A stretch of 64,000 bases of DNA from Octopus sinensis (Eukaryota). Shown here piece by piece: positions 41,126-54,309 of this stretch. Within the stretch, counting starts at the first letter, position 1, and each line of letters opens with the position of its first letter. The stretch covers positions 9,052,001-9,116,000 of the forward strand of contig NC_043006.1 in NCBI RefSeq assembly GCF_006345805.1, written 5' to 3'. Under the pieces are notes generated by a model. The model was not told where the DNA came from. It saw only the letters and a program-made list of their open reading frames with translations, and did not search any database. The translations under genes were made by a program, and so were the position numbers.

Positions 41126-41550
41126 GGCACAGGAGTGGCTGTGTGGTAAGTAGCTTGCTAACCAACCACATGGTTCCGGGTTCAGTCCCACTGCGTGGCA
41201 TCTTGGGCAAGTGTCTTCTGCTATAGCCCCGGGCTGACCAATGCCTTGTGAGTGGATTTAGTAGACGGAAACTGAAAGAAGCCCGTCGTATATATGTATA
41301 TATATATGTGTGTATGTGTGTGTGTTTGTGTGTCTGTGTTTGTCCCCCTAGCATTGCTTGGCAACCGATGCTGGTGTGTTTACGTCCCCGTCACTTAGCG
41401 GTTCGGCAAAAGAGACCGATAGAATAAGTACTGGGCTTACAAAGAATAAGTCCCGGGGTCGATTTGCTCGACTAAAGGCGGTGCTCCAGCATGGCCGCAG
41501 TCAAATGACTGAAACAAGTAAAAGAGTAAAAGAGTAAAGAGTAAAAGAGT
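41126..41550 (+). mobile_element. SINE family A, full length with (GAGTAAAA)n tail
   Basis: Head, CORE-like block, microsatellite and tail all present. Confidence 0.92.
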
Positions 41551-41961
41551 AGACTATATCCAAACCAAGCTCAGAGGAATTTTAAACAAAACCGTAAAAC
41601 AATACTATAACAAGATGCGAATAATTAACGATGTGATAGGAAAAAAATAATATGATGTAAGATCTATGGTTATTCAAGGTAATTAATTCTCAAAGTCTCT
41701 GGGGTTTTTTTTTAGGTTTCTAAATGTATGTAACTACGTCTCAATGTGTTTCGGTTCATATTCAAATATCAAAAGATCTCTTTTTCATTATTTAATAACA
41801 TTTATTTAGTGTTGCTTGTTTATTGGGTCATATATGAATTGTATAATAATACGCATTTTCTTTCTCTCTCTGTCTCGAGCACACAGAGACATGTATTTAT
41901 TCATAAATGACTACTCGTGTGTGTGGGTGCATATGTGTGTATGTATGAATATATTTATATA

Positions 41962-42020
<59 letters not shown>

Positions 42021-42188
42021 TATATAGATAGACTGATAGATAGCTATATATAGACAGATGGATAGATAGATATACTTATATATATAGTTATAAGTTTATA
42101 AATATATATATAAGTATATCTTCCGAAACATGTATATATATTTATCCATGTATATATATTTATACATGTATATATATATATATAAATA

Positions 42189-42259
<71 letters not shown>

Positions 42260-44399
42260 ATATATAAACATATATATATGTAGGTATATGGATTGATCCT
42301 CTCTTTGTAATAAATATGCTTACATTTAATCGTACTTATATGTTTGACTCTGACTGCATGCAATTTACTTGCAAATATTGATTTTCCTTAATTATATATC
42401 AGTTTAATGGGATCATACTAATTAATATGGAACGGTTATACAAAGCAAATCTTACAAAAGTTCATTTCTTAATTGTATATATATCTCCTACTTATTTGGA
42501 TTCCTTCGTTATTCATTCGAAAAGCACTCATTTTTTGGGGTAGGGGTAGGGCGGTGTTGCTACCAATTACTACAACCTTTTCATGTTATCTAGCATCATT
42601 AGCAAATTTGGGATTTCAAATATGGGAGAAGTGATAACCAATTAGCTTTAAGCAAATAAATCAGAATTAACTTTCATTATATCTAAGTTCTCGTGACATC
42701 GAAACTTAATGAGTAGCTATTTAAACTAATGAAATGTTCTTTTATTTTTTTGGTGTGGGGTATTCACGGTAGATAAAAAACCAAAAGAAAACCATTTGAG
42801 CTTAATGTTTCTTTCGATAAAATATTATATCATTCTCTTTATATATTATAATGGTTAAAGTAATTTCATAACAATTTCGTTCATTCAAGTGGAACTAAAA
42901 CAACGTACAAGACCTTAGAGAATCATGTGATCTTCTAGGTCTGAATGTCACTTCATGTACGTCCGTCTTCATGTTATTCCTCGTAAGCATTTCACTTGGA
43001 GCCTATATGTCACTAAAGGAGGTAGATATGTATTTATTAATGTTTATATATTTTAAAATGGCATGGGCGATTCCCATGCCTCTTTGCAGGATCTCCGATC
43101 CTATTAAGAACAATGTTTTGATTCGTAGCCTCAGTTATGCAATTTCATTTAATTTGTGAATGAAAAATTGAAAGCGACTGTGGACGACTTAAACTATTAA
43201 ATGATTAGTGTTTGATGCACATTTCTAGAGATGGGAAAAGATATCCTGAAAATTTAGTAAGAATAGCTCCTGTATATGAGACAAGCATAAACGTTAATAT
43301 ATATTTTATAATGTGCACGGTCTAAAGGAAAAAGTAAAGACAATGCAAATGACAGCGTATGAAATACATCGAAAAAACGAGGTGTATTCGTATTACTGCA
43401 TTATCAATCGTTCAACGACCTTGATTGATTTGGGTGATATTTAAATGTAACATACACACCGAATCTTTGAGTCAATTGCTTGTGTATTCACAGATTATTG
43501 TTTTTTACCACGTGAGATGAGTGGGTTGACATAACTTAACGATTTATGATTCCAGATAGCAGGCGAAATATATTTTCTTCAAACAAGATGCAAATTATTC
43601 TAGTCTTCTTTCCTCTCAATGTGCCGAAAATTTTCTTCGGATTCAGTTCAGTTCCGGATCGGTACTTTACCTTTAAAAACTTTTCATAGACTTGTATGGT
43701 ATCACTCGTAAGACAAGTACGTGACTATATGAAGTTATATTCACTTAGGAAGTCAGCAATGGTGGATTGACATGAAGATGCGGAATGGCTTTCTTTCGAT
43801 TGTCAATGATAAGGAAATAAGATTGAGTAACAGATTCGGATCTATTGTTAAAGATGTAAAAACCAAAATGTTAGAGATACTGACGGTTCATGAGTCCAGT
43901 CGCAGCACAAGTTTGTACATATGGAAAATTACGATGAAATCGGAGGAAGAAAAGCTTCTAGCGGAACAGTACGTCGTATGTGATATGACACGAACCTTTT
44001 GCCGTCCAAACGAGATTATGTATTTTGCGAGTCATAAAAGGGCAAGGACAAAGAATAACAGCATAGATATTTATAGAAATATATTTTTGTTGCATTGTTT
44101 TTATTAGTAAAACTTATTTATTTGTCTATAAATATCTTTATTTAATTCTTTCTTTATTTATGCCTCTTAGCAATTTCCATTCATATGAAAAAGTTTTCAC
44201 TAATATCTATAAGTAAATTTTCAATAAAAATCAAAATTAGACTTGATGACAAAATGATATTATATAACTCGAACTACTTACACAAAAAAATTCTTTCATA
44301 ATACCTTAAAGGAAATTACGTTAGTTGCTATGGTTACAGCTTCAAGGAAATTGCAAAATACATAATTCTTATCAAAATACTACTAAAAAATATCATTAT

Positions 44400-44508
44400 T
44401 ATTGTTATTAATATTACTTTTTATTAATAATAAGGATGTTGACATTAACAATACTATTATTACTACTACTACTAGAACTAGTATTATTATTATTATTTTT
44501 ATTATTAC

Positions 44509-44558
<50 letters not shown>

Positions 44559-44923
44559 GTAGTAGTAGTAGTAGTAGTGAAGGTGTTGGCGGTGAGGGCG
44601 GTATTGTCGTTAAAGTAATATTTCCGTTGATATTAATAACTACAAAATGGTGGAACCTTCAGTAAAAGAGTAGCTAACATGCTGTGTCACAATCTATACA
44701 TTGCTACGTGGACACAAGGAGCAGAGAGTAAAATTTGCGACAAAACACAACCGATGTGAGACTCCGAGTTTTAATAAACATCGAAATTGTAGAAGTTATT
44801 ACTATAGTCACATAAATGACAAACTACTGGTGCTGCTGGCGCTGCCGCTCCTCCTCCTCCTCCTCCTCATCTTACTACTACCACTACTACTACTACTACT
44901 AATACTACCACCGCCACCAGTAC

Positions 44924-44954
<31 letters not shown>

Positions 44955-44965
44955 TCCACCACCAG

Positions 44966-45019
<54 letters not shown>

Positions 45020-45240
45020 CACCAGTACTACTACTAAATAATAATAATAATAGCAACAACAGCAATAATAATATTGACAATATTAATAATGATAATAATA
45101 ATAATAAAAATAATAATAATAAAAATAATAATAATAATACTAATAATAAAAAAATAATAATGATAATGATAATAATAATGATGATAATTATGATGATGAT
45201 TCAGAGGATGATGATGACAATAATAATAATAATGCCAGCA
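44400..45240. repeat. Compound trinucleotide microsatellite field (ATT, AGT, CTC, CTA/CCA, AAT, GAT)
   Basis: Direct reading; source of the spurious poly-L/P/N ORFs. Confidence 0.95.
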
Positions 45241-45859
45241 TTATGAAGATAATTAATAACCAACCGAAATTATCATGGTTTCGTTTTCACACTGACAGCA
45301 TTGAAAGTAATTATTAGTTAGATATCTAACGATGATGATGACACAACGAAAGGAATCTGCCTCTTTTTTTTTCTATTTTCTTTTTATGTTTTGAAACAAA
45401 TTTCCTTAATAACTCATAGCGAGAGAAGAAAGAAAACCGTATTGAGAAGTAGACTTTCATTTCGATAACTTTGTTCTCATTCGCTAAATGAGCTCTCAAC
45501 GGTTCAAACTGGCGAAGGCATCGAGGTTTTCACTTATGAATGACGTGAAAGGGAAGGAAGTTACAGGAAGCTGCATTGTTCGGAATCAGCCACTAAAATT
45601 ATGTGAGACTAGCAATATTAGTTGTACGGTAAGTTTTCTAGTTACTAATTCCTTTTCATTGCCGTACGCTGAAATGCTTATATCAAATTATCATATGTTG
45701 GTGTTTAACCCTCGGTAAGTATTCTGCATGCATACCTATGATCCAGTGAATTCTGTGCTTTATGTTTCCGCCATATAACACTTTAACTGGCATATTTCTA
45801 ATGGAATATCCACTCTTTGTTTCAGTTAAGTTGTAGAAGGAGTATCTAATATATTAGCT

Positions 45860-46060
45860 CTAAGATTTAGGCTGGTGCAAGGCGATCAAAATACTTAGCA
45901 GCATTCAAATTCTTTCTACATTCAAATTCCACTGAGGTCGAATTTGTCTTTCATCCTCTCGGTGTTTGATCAAAATAAGTATCCGCTGTGCACTCTTGAC
46001 GACGTCATCAATATCCACTCCCCTATAATTAGTGACCTTCGGTTAAAGCTTAAAACCATT
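45860..46060 (+). mobile_element. Degenerate SINE family C
   Basis: AAATTCCACTGAGGTCGAATTTGTCTTTCATCCTCTCGG..AAAATAAGTA remnants. Confidence 0.6.
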
Positions 46061-48600
46061 GTTTTGACTGTTATTTAGAACATAAATTAACATAATATTT
46101 TTATGAAAGGTTTTAATTTCATTGACATTAAATGCTGCAGTTTGTATCACGGATTTAAAGGGATGGTATCAAAAGAGTCAAATTACCTCAGAGTACATTC
46201 TCTTATATTTCATTTCCACCGTTATGGCAGAGCAAATGTATTTTTTGTGGAGATGTGACTACAACATGCTGAAGACTTTTCTACACGCGGAGAGGATATT
46301 TTGCTTGATCTTATGTATTCAATTTGAAATATATTGTTATTGTCATACACTAGTTTCAACGTAAGGTGTAACTTTTTTTTTAGAATTGCATTTAAACACG
46401 CATACATATTTAACGAAAATGTGTCGCTCAGCATTACTGAAATGCAAAACACATAATCCAAAAAGTAAGCTTTTACGTAGATTATCGATATCCGAGTAGG
46501 AACAGCCCGCAAATCATGTCCACGTATCAGGGATATAATAGACGACACATGGAAAGACTTTGTCCCAAATACACTTTGACTGGGTGGATTCAGCTGAAAT
46601 TCTCGGACTAGATATCTACTAAAGTACTAAAGTAGATATCTAGTGAGGAGTCATAGATGACTCCCCACTTGTGATTAAACAACTGCAAGAGCATACCAAA
46701 CTAAACTTTTACTCTTCTATATCATATTACTCTGTTACAAAATATATTTCAACAATGAAAGTTGTTTAAATCCATATTATATATAAGTTCATGAACAACC
46801 ATTTGCAACTGCCATGTCAACAGTGGATTTAAGAATGAAAGTCAAAATTATCATAGTCTTAAGTACGAGGAAAGGATAAGCATAGCATGGAAGGAATGGA
46901 GAGATTTACCTGAGACTGATATATTATAAGGTTGATGAAGGTATGTAAAATTATGTATGCAAGCCGTATAGATTAACAATTCATCGAAAAAATAATCATT
47001 TGTCTTACACTTTCAAGCATTTCTTTTCAAACATACTAAGAAAAATGAAAAAAGGTAAATTCATGTAAAAATTGAAGTGAAATGCCCAACTTTACTTGTA
47101 ATATTTTACTAAAGAGAAAAATAACCATTCGTGTCAAAATGGAGAACATATGTATGATCTCCACAACTATATATTGTGAGGTATTATAAATATGTTATAT
47201 AAACAACTTACATCAAAGGATTGTAGTAATATATATGTATAGTACAGTAGCGTAGATAAAATATTGTCTGTGATCTTGTTCAACATAATATGTGTATGCT
47301 TTATTTTCTTTGAATTTATATTATCGTAAAAGGAAAAGAGATGATACGATTCGAGTGTGGCTCTCAAAGAGTTGAAAACTAGTAGCACTTTTGTCAAGTT
47401 TTTTTATAGTCCAATGTATATTCTCTCCGTTCATATCATAAAGTTGAGTACACTTTTGTGTACTCAACTCTATTAATATAAAATTATAGTATTATTGCAA
47501 CTTATCGCCCACTAGAATTACTGCTTTCCGCATATTGAGTTAATAAAGACAGTTATGTTGAATGTCTATTATAGTTAACTTTGCTAGTATTTGCAAGTTA
47601 TTCTGATGTCTTTTGAAGTCAATATGAAAGGCCTTGTGCTTGAAATTCCTCTCAGCCGGGTAATACACATCATATATTACTATTTCCATAATGAAGTGAA
47701 AGAAGCTACCTTCCGTAAATAATCTGTACGACATACAACCATCTAATAGTTGTTTATGTTACTGCATTACCGCATTTTAAAAGCCAGCCATAATGTTTCT
47801 TAAACACAAAGAATAAGGTAGACCTAAATAAAAATGTGAAACCACTCAATGGATTTTGAAATGATGTAATATTAAAAGAAAAACAGGATCATACACGTTT
47901 ACAGAACCTTAAACCACCCAAAATACTTCAGTTCGTAGATATCACACGAACACATAGAAACAATCGTATCCATTTCACAACTGCGAATACAAGAAATATT
48001 CGTTGGAAGACAGGACAACTAATTTGGGATTTAACAAGATGTTTCTATATTTCAGAATTGATATTGTTACGATGGGAATTTTTATCTATTCATGAAAGAT
48101 TACTAATATTTAGACTTATTTAGATTTTACTCATTAATGAAACATGCTTATAAGAGCTTCACAAATGTTTCTTGTTTATATCTACATTTCATGTTGCGCG
48201 GCATAGACTCCTTTAGGAGGAAAAGGGTCTAGACTTCAAAACGTTTATCTTGTTATCGGAAGGTACAATGTTTGATATGTCTTGGAATTCCAATTCCATT
48301 ATATTTAAGCGATCTCTACGACATAATTGTTTATCTTCCAGTAAATGCTTCTCGTTTGCGGATACCGATTTAACAATATGATGCTTATTTTGTGGTTGCT
48401 GCCATACATTCTGTAGGTATTCATGCAATACGGTAACGCTCTATCTATAACCAAACGAGGCATATATAGTTTTACATACGGGACTGAGTAACTACTCAGT
48501 ATCAATTACTTATCAGTATCGTTTTACTTATCTTAAAATTGATTATTCTAACGAATTCAATAAGAAAAAAACGTTAATAATGATGATGATAATTATGAGG

Positions 48601-48677
<77 letters not shown>

Positions 48678-48785
48678 TTATTTCTTTACTAGCCACAAGG
48701 GGCTAAACACAGGGAGGAGAAACGAGGACAAACGGATTAAGTCGATTACATCAACCCCAGTGCGTAACTGGTACTTAATTTATCA
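48678..48785 (-). mobile_element. SINE family C 3' fragment between AAT/GAT tracts
   Basis: Reverse complement of GATAAATTAAGTACCAGTTACGCACTGGGG..TTTAGCCCCTTGTGG tail. Confidence 0.8.
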
Positions 48786-48824
48786 ATGATAATAATCATA
48801 ATCATAATAATAATAGTGATGATA

Positions 48825-48881
<57 letters not shown>

Positions 48882-48984
48882 GTGGTGATGATGATGATGA
48901 TTTCATAAATCACTGTTTTGCGTCCATGTGGTTGTGATCCATGTGTCTAGTCTAGTGTACCCTTATCAGACGAGTGAATAATCA

Positions 48985-49730
48985 TGAAAAGAAGCACTAA
49001 AAAAGAGACAGAGAACACTATACTGGTGGCGCAAGACCAATATTTGATCATGAACTAGAGGGTCAAATTTAGGAATGAGCAAGTGTTTCTGCTGCGCTGC
49101 ATCAGCTATAGTGTAGATGAAACCATTGCACATATCAAGAACGAATCCCCTAGACTTACCCAAAACCATTAGAAGTTGTGACGACACGATCAGGCAGCGA
49201 ATGTACTACATTGGAAACTGCGAAAAGTGGTAGCTACAGAGAGGCAAGAAGTAGTATGAGCACAAACCAAAGAGAGTGGCGGAGGAAATAGTGTGGGATT
49301 TCCCAGATTAAAGAGATCATGTGCTAGAGTATAAGGGACCGGACTTAGTGGTGGTGGATAATGTGCACCGCATATGTTATATACGTGGTGTTGCATGGCT
49401 ATTTGACCCACGAATAGTCCAGATGGAAGGCGAATAGACAAATAAATACAACCCTCTTATGTACGAAATAGTCTGACTATGGAAAATGATGACGGGGAAG
49501 ATAGTCCTTGGGAACAGTATCAGAAGGCATGAAGGTCAATATAAAGGAAATTGGAATTGAGTACTCAGTAGAAAGGTACAAAAAGGTTGCCTCCTTGGCA
49601 CGGCCAGAATAATCAGGGAAGTATTAAATAGCTGGAACGAATGGATTGCATGGTGCCGTAGTCTGCAGGTAGTAATCCCGCTACGTATGTAAATCTCCAG
49701 GAACTCCAACCAAACCTGTGATAAAAAGAA
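48985..49730 (+). mobile_element. Dong/R4-like RLE non-LTR retrotransposon, 3' relic with (AAT) tail
   Basis: KETENTILVAQDQ, DETIAHI, RHDQAANVLHWKL, IVWDFP..DHVLEYKGPDLVVVD..FDPRIV, LGTARII; ends AAAATAATAA. Confidence 0.85.
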
Positions 49731-50159
49731 AAAAATAATAACCCTTTCTACTAAAGGAAGAAGACCTGAAAGTTTTCGGTGAAGAGATTAGTCGATTACA
49801 TCGACCTCAGTGTTTCACTGGTAAATTAATTTATGGACCCTTAAAGAATGGAATGCAAATTGGATCTCGGCGCAACTTAACGTAACAACATAATAAGGAT
49901 AATAAAATCCTCAAGCACCGGAGTCTTCAAAATTTCTCCTGGAATTTCAAATTTTCTGAAATATAATACATCCTTGTGGAATGCAAATCTCCAAATATAT
50001 CATTGTAACATAGTACCAGCTTCAGACGTTCTTAGCATCATATGCAGTATTTTCTCCATAGCTCTGTAACGCGCCATAATTCAATTTAACAGAGCAGAGT
50101 ATGGGTACAAAAGTGACAACAAAAAATTAAGCTATCAATTTCATATGAATGAATAAAAA

Positions 50160-51340
50160 CCGTATGGCAAAGGCAATGTTAAGCCTGAATACGCACTGTA
50201 AAAGCATTCATTGATGACATCGACTCCGCGTTCGGTATTCATAAATATACCAAGGTCACATTCTAGAAAACGAGAATCCATAAGGAATGTTGTAGGACAG
50301 ATCATCCTTCTAAAATCTGGGCTAAATACACATAAGGGATTAACCAAAATTCTTTAGCACTTACACTTGTTACTTATAGCTTCAGTGTTTTGAACTAGAA
50401 TATTTAATTCGAAAACCAGCCAAATCAAACTATTATTGTAAAAATGATGCACAAGCTAAATGCAAACGTGGATCGTCTTTACCTGAGAAAACCCCTAACA
50501 TCTTGAAACACCCAACGCCCGGGTGCTAAAATGACAAGAAGCCTAGAAGCTTCATCCTATCTTAAATAAGATCCCAAAAATTTGTTATTGATTTCATGAA
50601 TGATACCCAGTGTAATCAGCCGGAAGGTAGTATATGCAACTGTTGCTGGAAATAACATGAAATTAATTACAAAGAAAGAAATGCGCATGAACTATTGGCT
50701 GGAAGGTGCGGGCAAAAATGTTTTGCATGGCAAACAAGTGGATCATAGCAAAAACTGCTTATATTAACCAGAAGCACGCCCATCGGTAGTTACGAAGCGC
50801 AGGCCACAAAGAAGAGATCGAAGGCTTCATCTAAACAGCTCAATATCAAAGCTTATTGATTCAAAACTACCAAGCTAATCTGATGAAAAATAGAGCAGAT
50901 CCAAAGTGCCGATTCTGCAATGATGAAATTGTAATAGTGGACCACTTAATCTCTCACTGTAAAGCTGTAGAGGTAGTAGAGTATAAATCAAGACATGACA
51001 GAGCTGGCCAATATCAATACTAGTTATATGTGGGCTTTATAAAATCGAAACTGTTGACAATTTTTGTAAGTATTTCTATATCTATTGATCAGCATGAATA
51101 TAGCTCATGATCATTAACATTTCGGTAACACAATATAACAACCCCAGAACATAGAACAATTTGCTCGCTCAAATCGGAAATAAATGTGGCATCACAAGGG
51201 GACTACAACCCCTATGATTGTAGGAGCACTTGGAATGATCAAAACTGGAACAGACAAAATATTTTGAGAATGATGCCTGGCTGACAATCCTGGCACTTGT
51301 AAAAGATTAAAATGTAAAGTTCATGATTCTTATTCTCTTA
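50160..51340 (+). mobile_element. Dong/R4-like RLE non-LTR retrotransposon relic with internal deletions
   Basis: TVKAFIDDIDSAFG (RT region), NVDRLYL, EEIEGFI.TAQYQSL..ADPKCRFCNDE..VDHLISHC..RHDRAGQY (CCHC+RHD), PMIVGALGMIKTG. Confidence 0.85.
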
Positions 51341-51468
51341 TGACCTAAACAATTAGAATAATGTTTTCTTAACGTTGTGTCGATTCTAGATCATGTTTAC
51401 CATGAATTTCCCCTTTAATACTTAAAAATGAAATATATCTATTGTTTTAATCATCGATTTGTGTGTGT

Positions 51469-51519
<51 letters not shown>

Positions 51520-51987
51520 TGTGTGATTGCTGCCCCCTCGTTATCGAGTATGACCATTGCACGAAGCTTAACTGTTACTGGTGCTGTGATCGAATGTGGC
51601 TTTTATTTGCTTTTTAAGGATACAGCCAGCCATTCATTTGAGACTCACAGCACCATCAACAATCATGAACAATGTTATCATGCAATGATTGTGGAAGAAG
51701 ATTTTGTTTAAAGTGAGGAAGGGCTGTGCAATGTCAATCCCACTCACTAAGCAACAGCAGCCATAATCAGAAAAGAAGAACAAATCAATATCATCGGTAA
51801 CCACTGAGCCGCAGGTTTTATGTCGGAATTATCCCAGTTACCTGAGTTACAATCTCCTTGAAGGATGCCCTAACAAAGGCTAGGAGTCCTTCACTCCCAA
51901 TGGTTTAACCGCGCGATCGGGTATTCAGTCCGATTATTTCTATGCCCCCGCGCATGATACAGCCTTAAACCTTAAGAAAAAAAATTA

Positions 51988-52124
51988 CACATTTATTGGG
52001 TGGCCGTTGACTCACAACAGTCAATTGCTTGGTGAGGAGGGTGTTTATTGGACACCCTGCGGGATGAAAAACAAAACCCGTCAAAGGGCGGAGGAACTCT
52101 TGTGAGTCAACGGACATCCAATAA

Positions 52125-52128
<4 letters not shown>
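51988..52128. mobile_element. 141-bp MITE-like element with ~30-bp inverted ends and TA flanks
   Basis: CACATTTATTGGGTGGCCGTTGACTCACAA versus reverse complement of TTGTGAGTCAACGGACATCCAATAAATGTG (2 mismatches); internal AGGGTGT/ACACCCT hairpin. Confidence 0.75.
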
Positions 52129-52185
<57 letters not shown>

Positions 52186-53099
52186 ATATGGGGTTTATAT
52201 GTACAAACTTGTTCAAATAAGCTTCTGTCATATTCGAGCCTCTCTCTAAGCCTTCTACTGTATATTGTGATAGAGAAAATTTCTCGCTCTAGACAGATAA
52301 GTACAAAAAAAAAACCAGTCACTTCTAGATATTAAGATGTACACATATCGAAATATTTATTTCCTCTTCAGCAGAGCATTGTTATTATCCCCTCACTGCA
52401 CAATGACTATTTGCATTATCGGTGGCGTGCCGTGAATAAGATACCGCGTATGAGTATATAAGAATGAAACACTATGTGTCTATGTATGTATATTTGTGTG
52501 TATACGTATATTTGTGTGCCAACAGAAATTGTATCGCCTTTGGAATCTATCAAATCTTTACAGCAAGACGTGTGTAATAAATTATACTATCTATAACATC
52601 TGTCATAATCGCCATGAATAAAATATTTGATTACCGCGACATCTTCAAAACGATACAAGTGTTTATATGTGTCAATATTCTAAAGTTCGCGTGTACATCC
52701 GCGTGCTTCGTAAAATTTAAACTAAATATTCCTATTAACTGTTATAATATGTTTTATAAACTATCCTCGAATGTATTCATATCAGTACATTGCATTAAGT
52801 GAAGTGATTAGATGATTAATTTAAACATCTCTATATTTCGTTAAATAAGGGAAATTAGATTAATACAAAATTCGTTAATCAACAAATTCGCTTAATGACT
52901 GTTACAATGTAATAATTAAGATGCTTTAATAGATTACTACCTAAATAAATTTCTAGTCTATATAGGATTGTATTCATTTGTTTGTATATATGTATGTATG
53001 TATATATATATACATATGTGTGTGCGTGTGTGTGTATCTGTGCGTGTACACACACATATACCAAGGACAGCTGAAAACTCTCGTGTACTATAATCAAAA

Positions 53100-53540
53100 A
53101 AGATTTATTTTTCGACATAGTTCCCGTTGCTGTCCACTTACGTTTCCATCGGTGTTGGAATGTCTTTATCTTATTGTTGAAGTCGCTTCTAGTCTTGTTA
53201 GTCAAGAACGTCATCAACAACAGATATCACGTCATTCTCAGAGTTGAGGGAACGATTGATTTTCATGTGGGGACAAATAAGGCGAACAGAGACGATGATG
53301 AAGCAATTCAAATCTACAGTGACGCAAAGCGGTCATTGAAAGTAAGCGCATGCTGTTGGAATCATGTGCTGATGAAACAAGACACCTTTCGTCAGTTCTT
53401 CTGGGAGCTTGGTCTTAGTAGCGTTTCGTAAATGCCTCACCAAACTGGCATAGTACTGTCTATTGATGATGTATTTCTTTTGAAGAAACTGAGGACATCA
53501 TCACCTGATACAGAATCTATGTCAGCATGAATGTCCTTCG
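53100..53540 (-). mobile_element. mariner (DD34D-like) transposase C-terminal relic
   Basis: Minus strand: FLQKKYIINRQYYASLVRHL..LTKGVLFHQH, MTALRHCRFELLHH..SP, NDVISVVD, FNNKIKTFQHRWK..GNYVEK. Confidence 0.82.
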
Positions 53541-53813
53541 TAGGACAATGCTAAATGTTGTTTACTTTCTAAAAAGGTCCCTACTTGTTACGTTTGAAAT
53601 GCACTTCGAACAGTCAAATTCTAAATTTACCAGGAAGGAATCAATGCAGTTTTTAATAGCAAGGTCTCAAATTACAACATGCCAAATTTCGCATTTCTCA
53701 CAATATTTTTTCATAGTCAGTCTGTCAATATTTCAGCACACACTCTTACACATACATACACACACATATTTATATAAGAGTATGGGCTGAAGTATTTATA
53801 CATATACATACAA

Positions 53814-53883
<70 letters not shown>

Positions 53884-53970
53884 CAATTAGAGACCAAACC
53901 ACTATTATGCAAATCAAACAAAGAAAGACTTAATCCAATACATATATATAAATTAAATAAAATAAGTTAT

Positions 53971-54016
53971 CCACTACAATTGTTTCTTGTCACTTCTAAG
54001 GACATTCATCAGGTGG
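53971..54016 (-). ncRNA. Minimal type I hammerhead ribozyme motif
   Basis: CCAC-CTGATGA-A TGTC CTTAGAAGT GACA A-GAAA-C AATT G-TA-GTGG: full core, stem I CCAC/GTGG, 4-bp stem II, stem III with palindromic AATT loop, GUA triplet. Confidence 0.85.
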
Positions 54017-54049
54017 TTTTCAGACCTTCTATTCAATTTTAAATTATGA

Positions 54050-54255
54050 AGTGTTATATTGCTTATGGCGGTCGTATCTTATTTTGCTAAGTAAACAAAT
54101 CAAATGTAATGTACTGGAGTGTACTCTAAAATATCCTAAAAAGCTATATCAGTAAAATAGATATTTGTCATGATTATAAAAATACATTAATGAGGCACAG
54201 TTACGTTAGTTTATTATCTTCCATTTGGCATTAAAAACTGCATTGATTCCTTCCT

Positions 54256-54309
<54 letters not shown>

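Noticed and set aside
43772-44107. 111-aa non-repetitive ORF
   Set aside because: No identifiable domain or splice context; length compatible with chance or an unrecognised TE fragment
52335-52375. CTGAAGA plus hairpin on the - strand
   Set aside because: GATA instead of GAAA and no stem I
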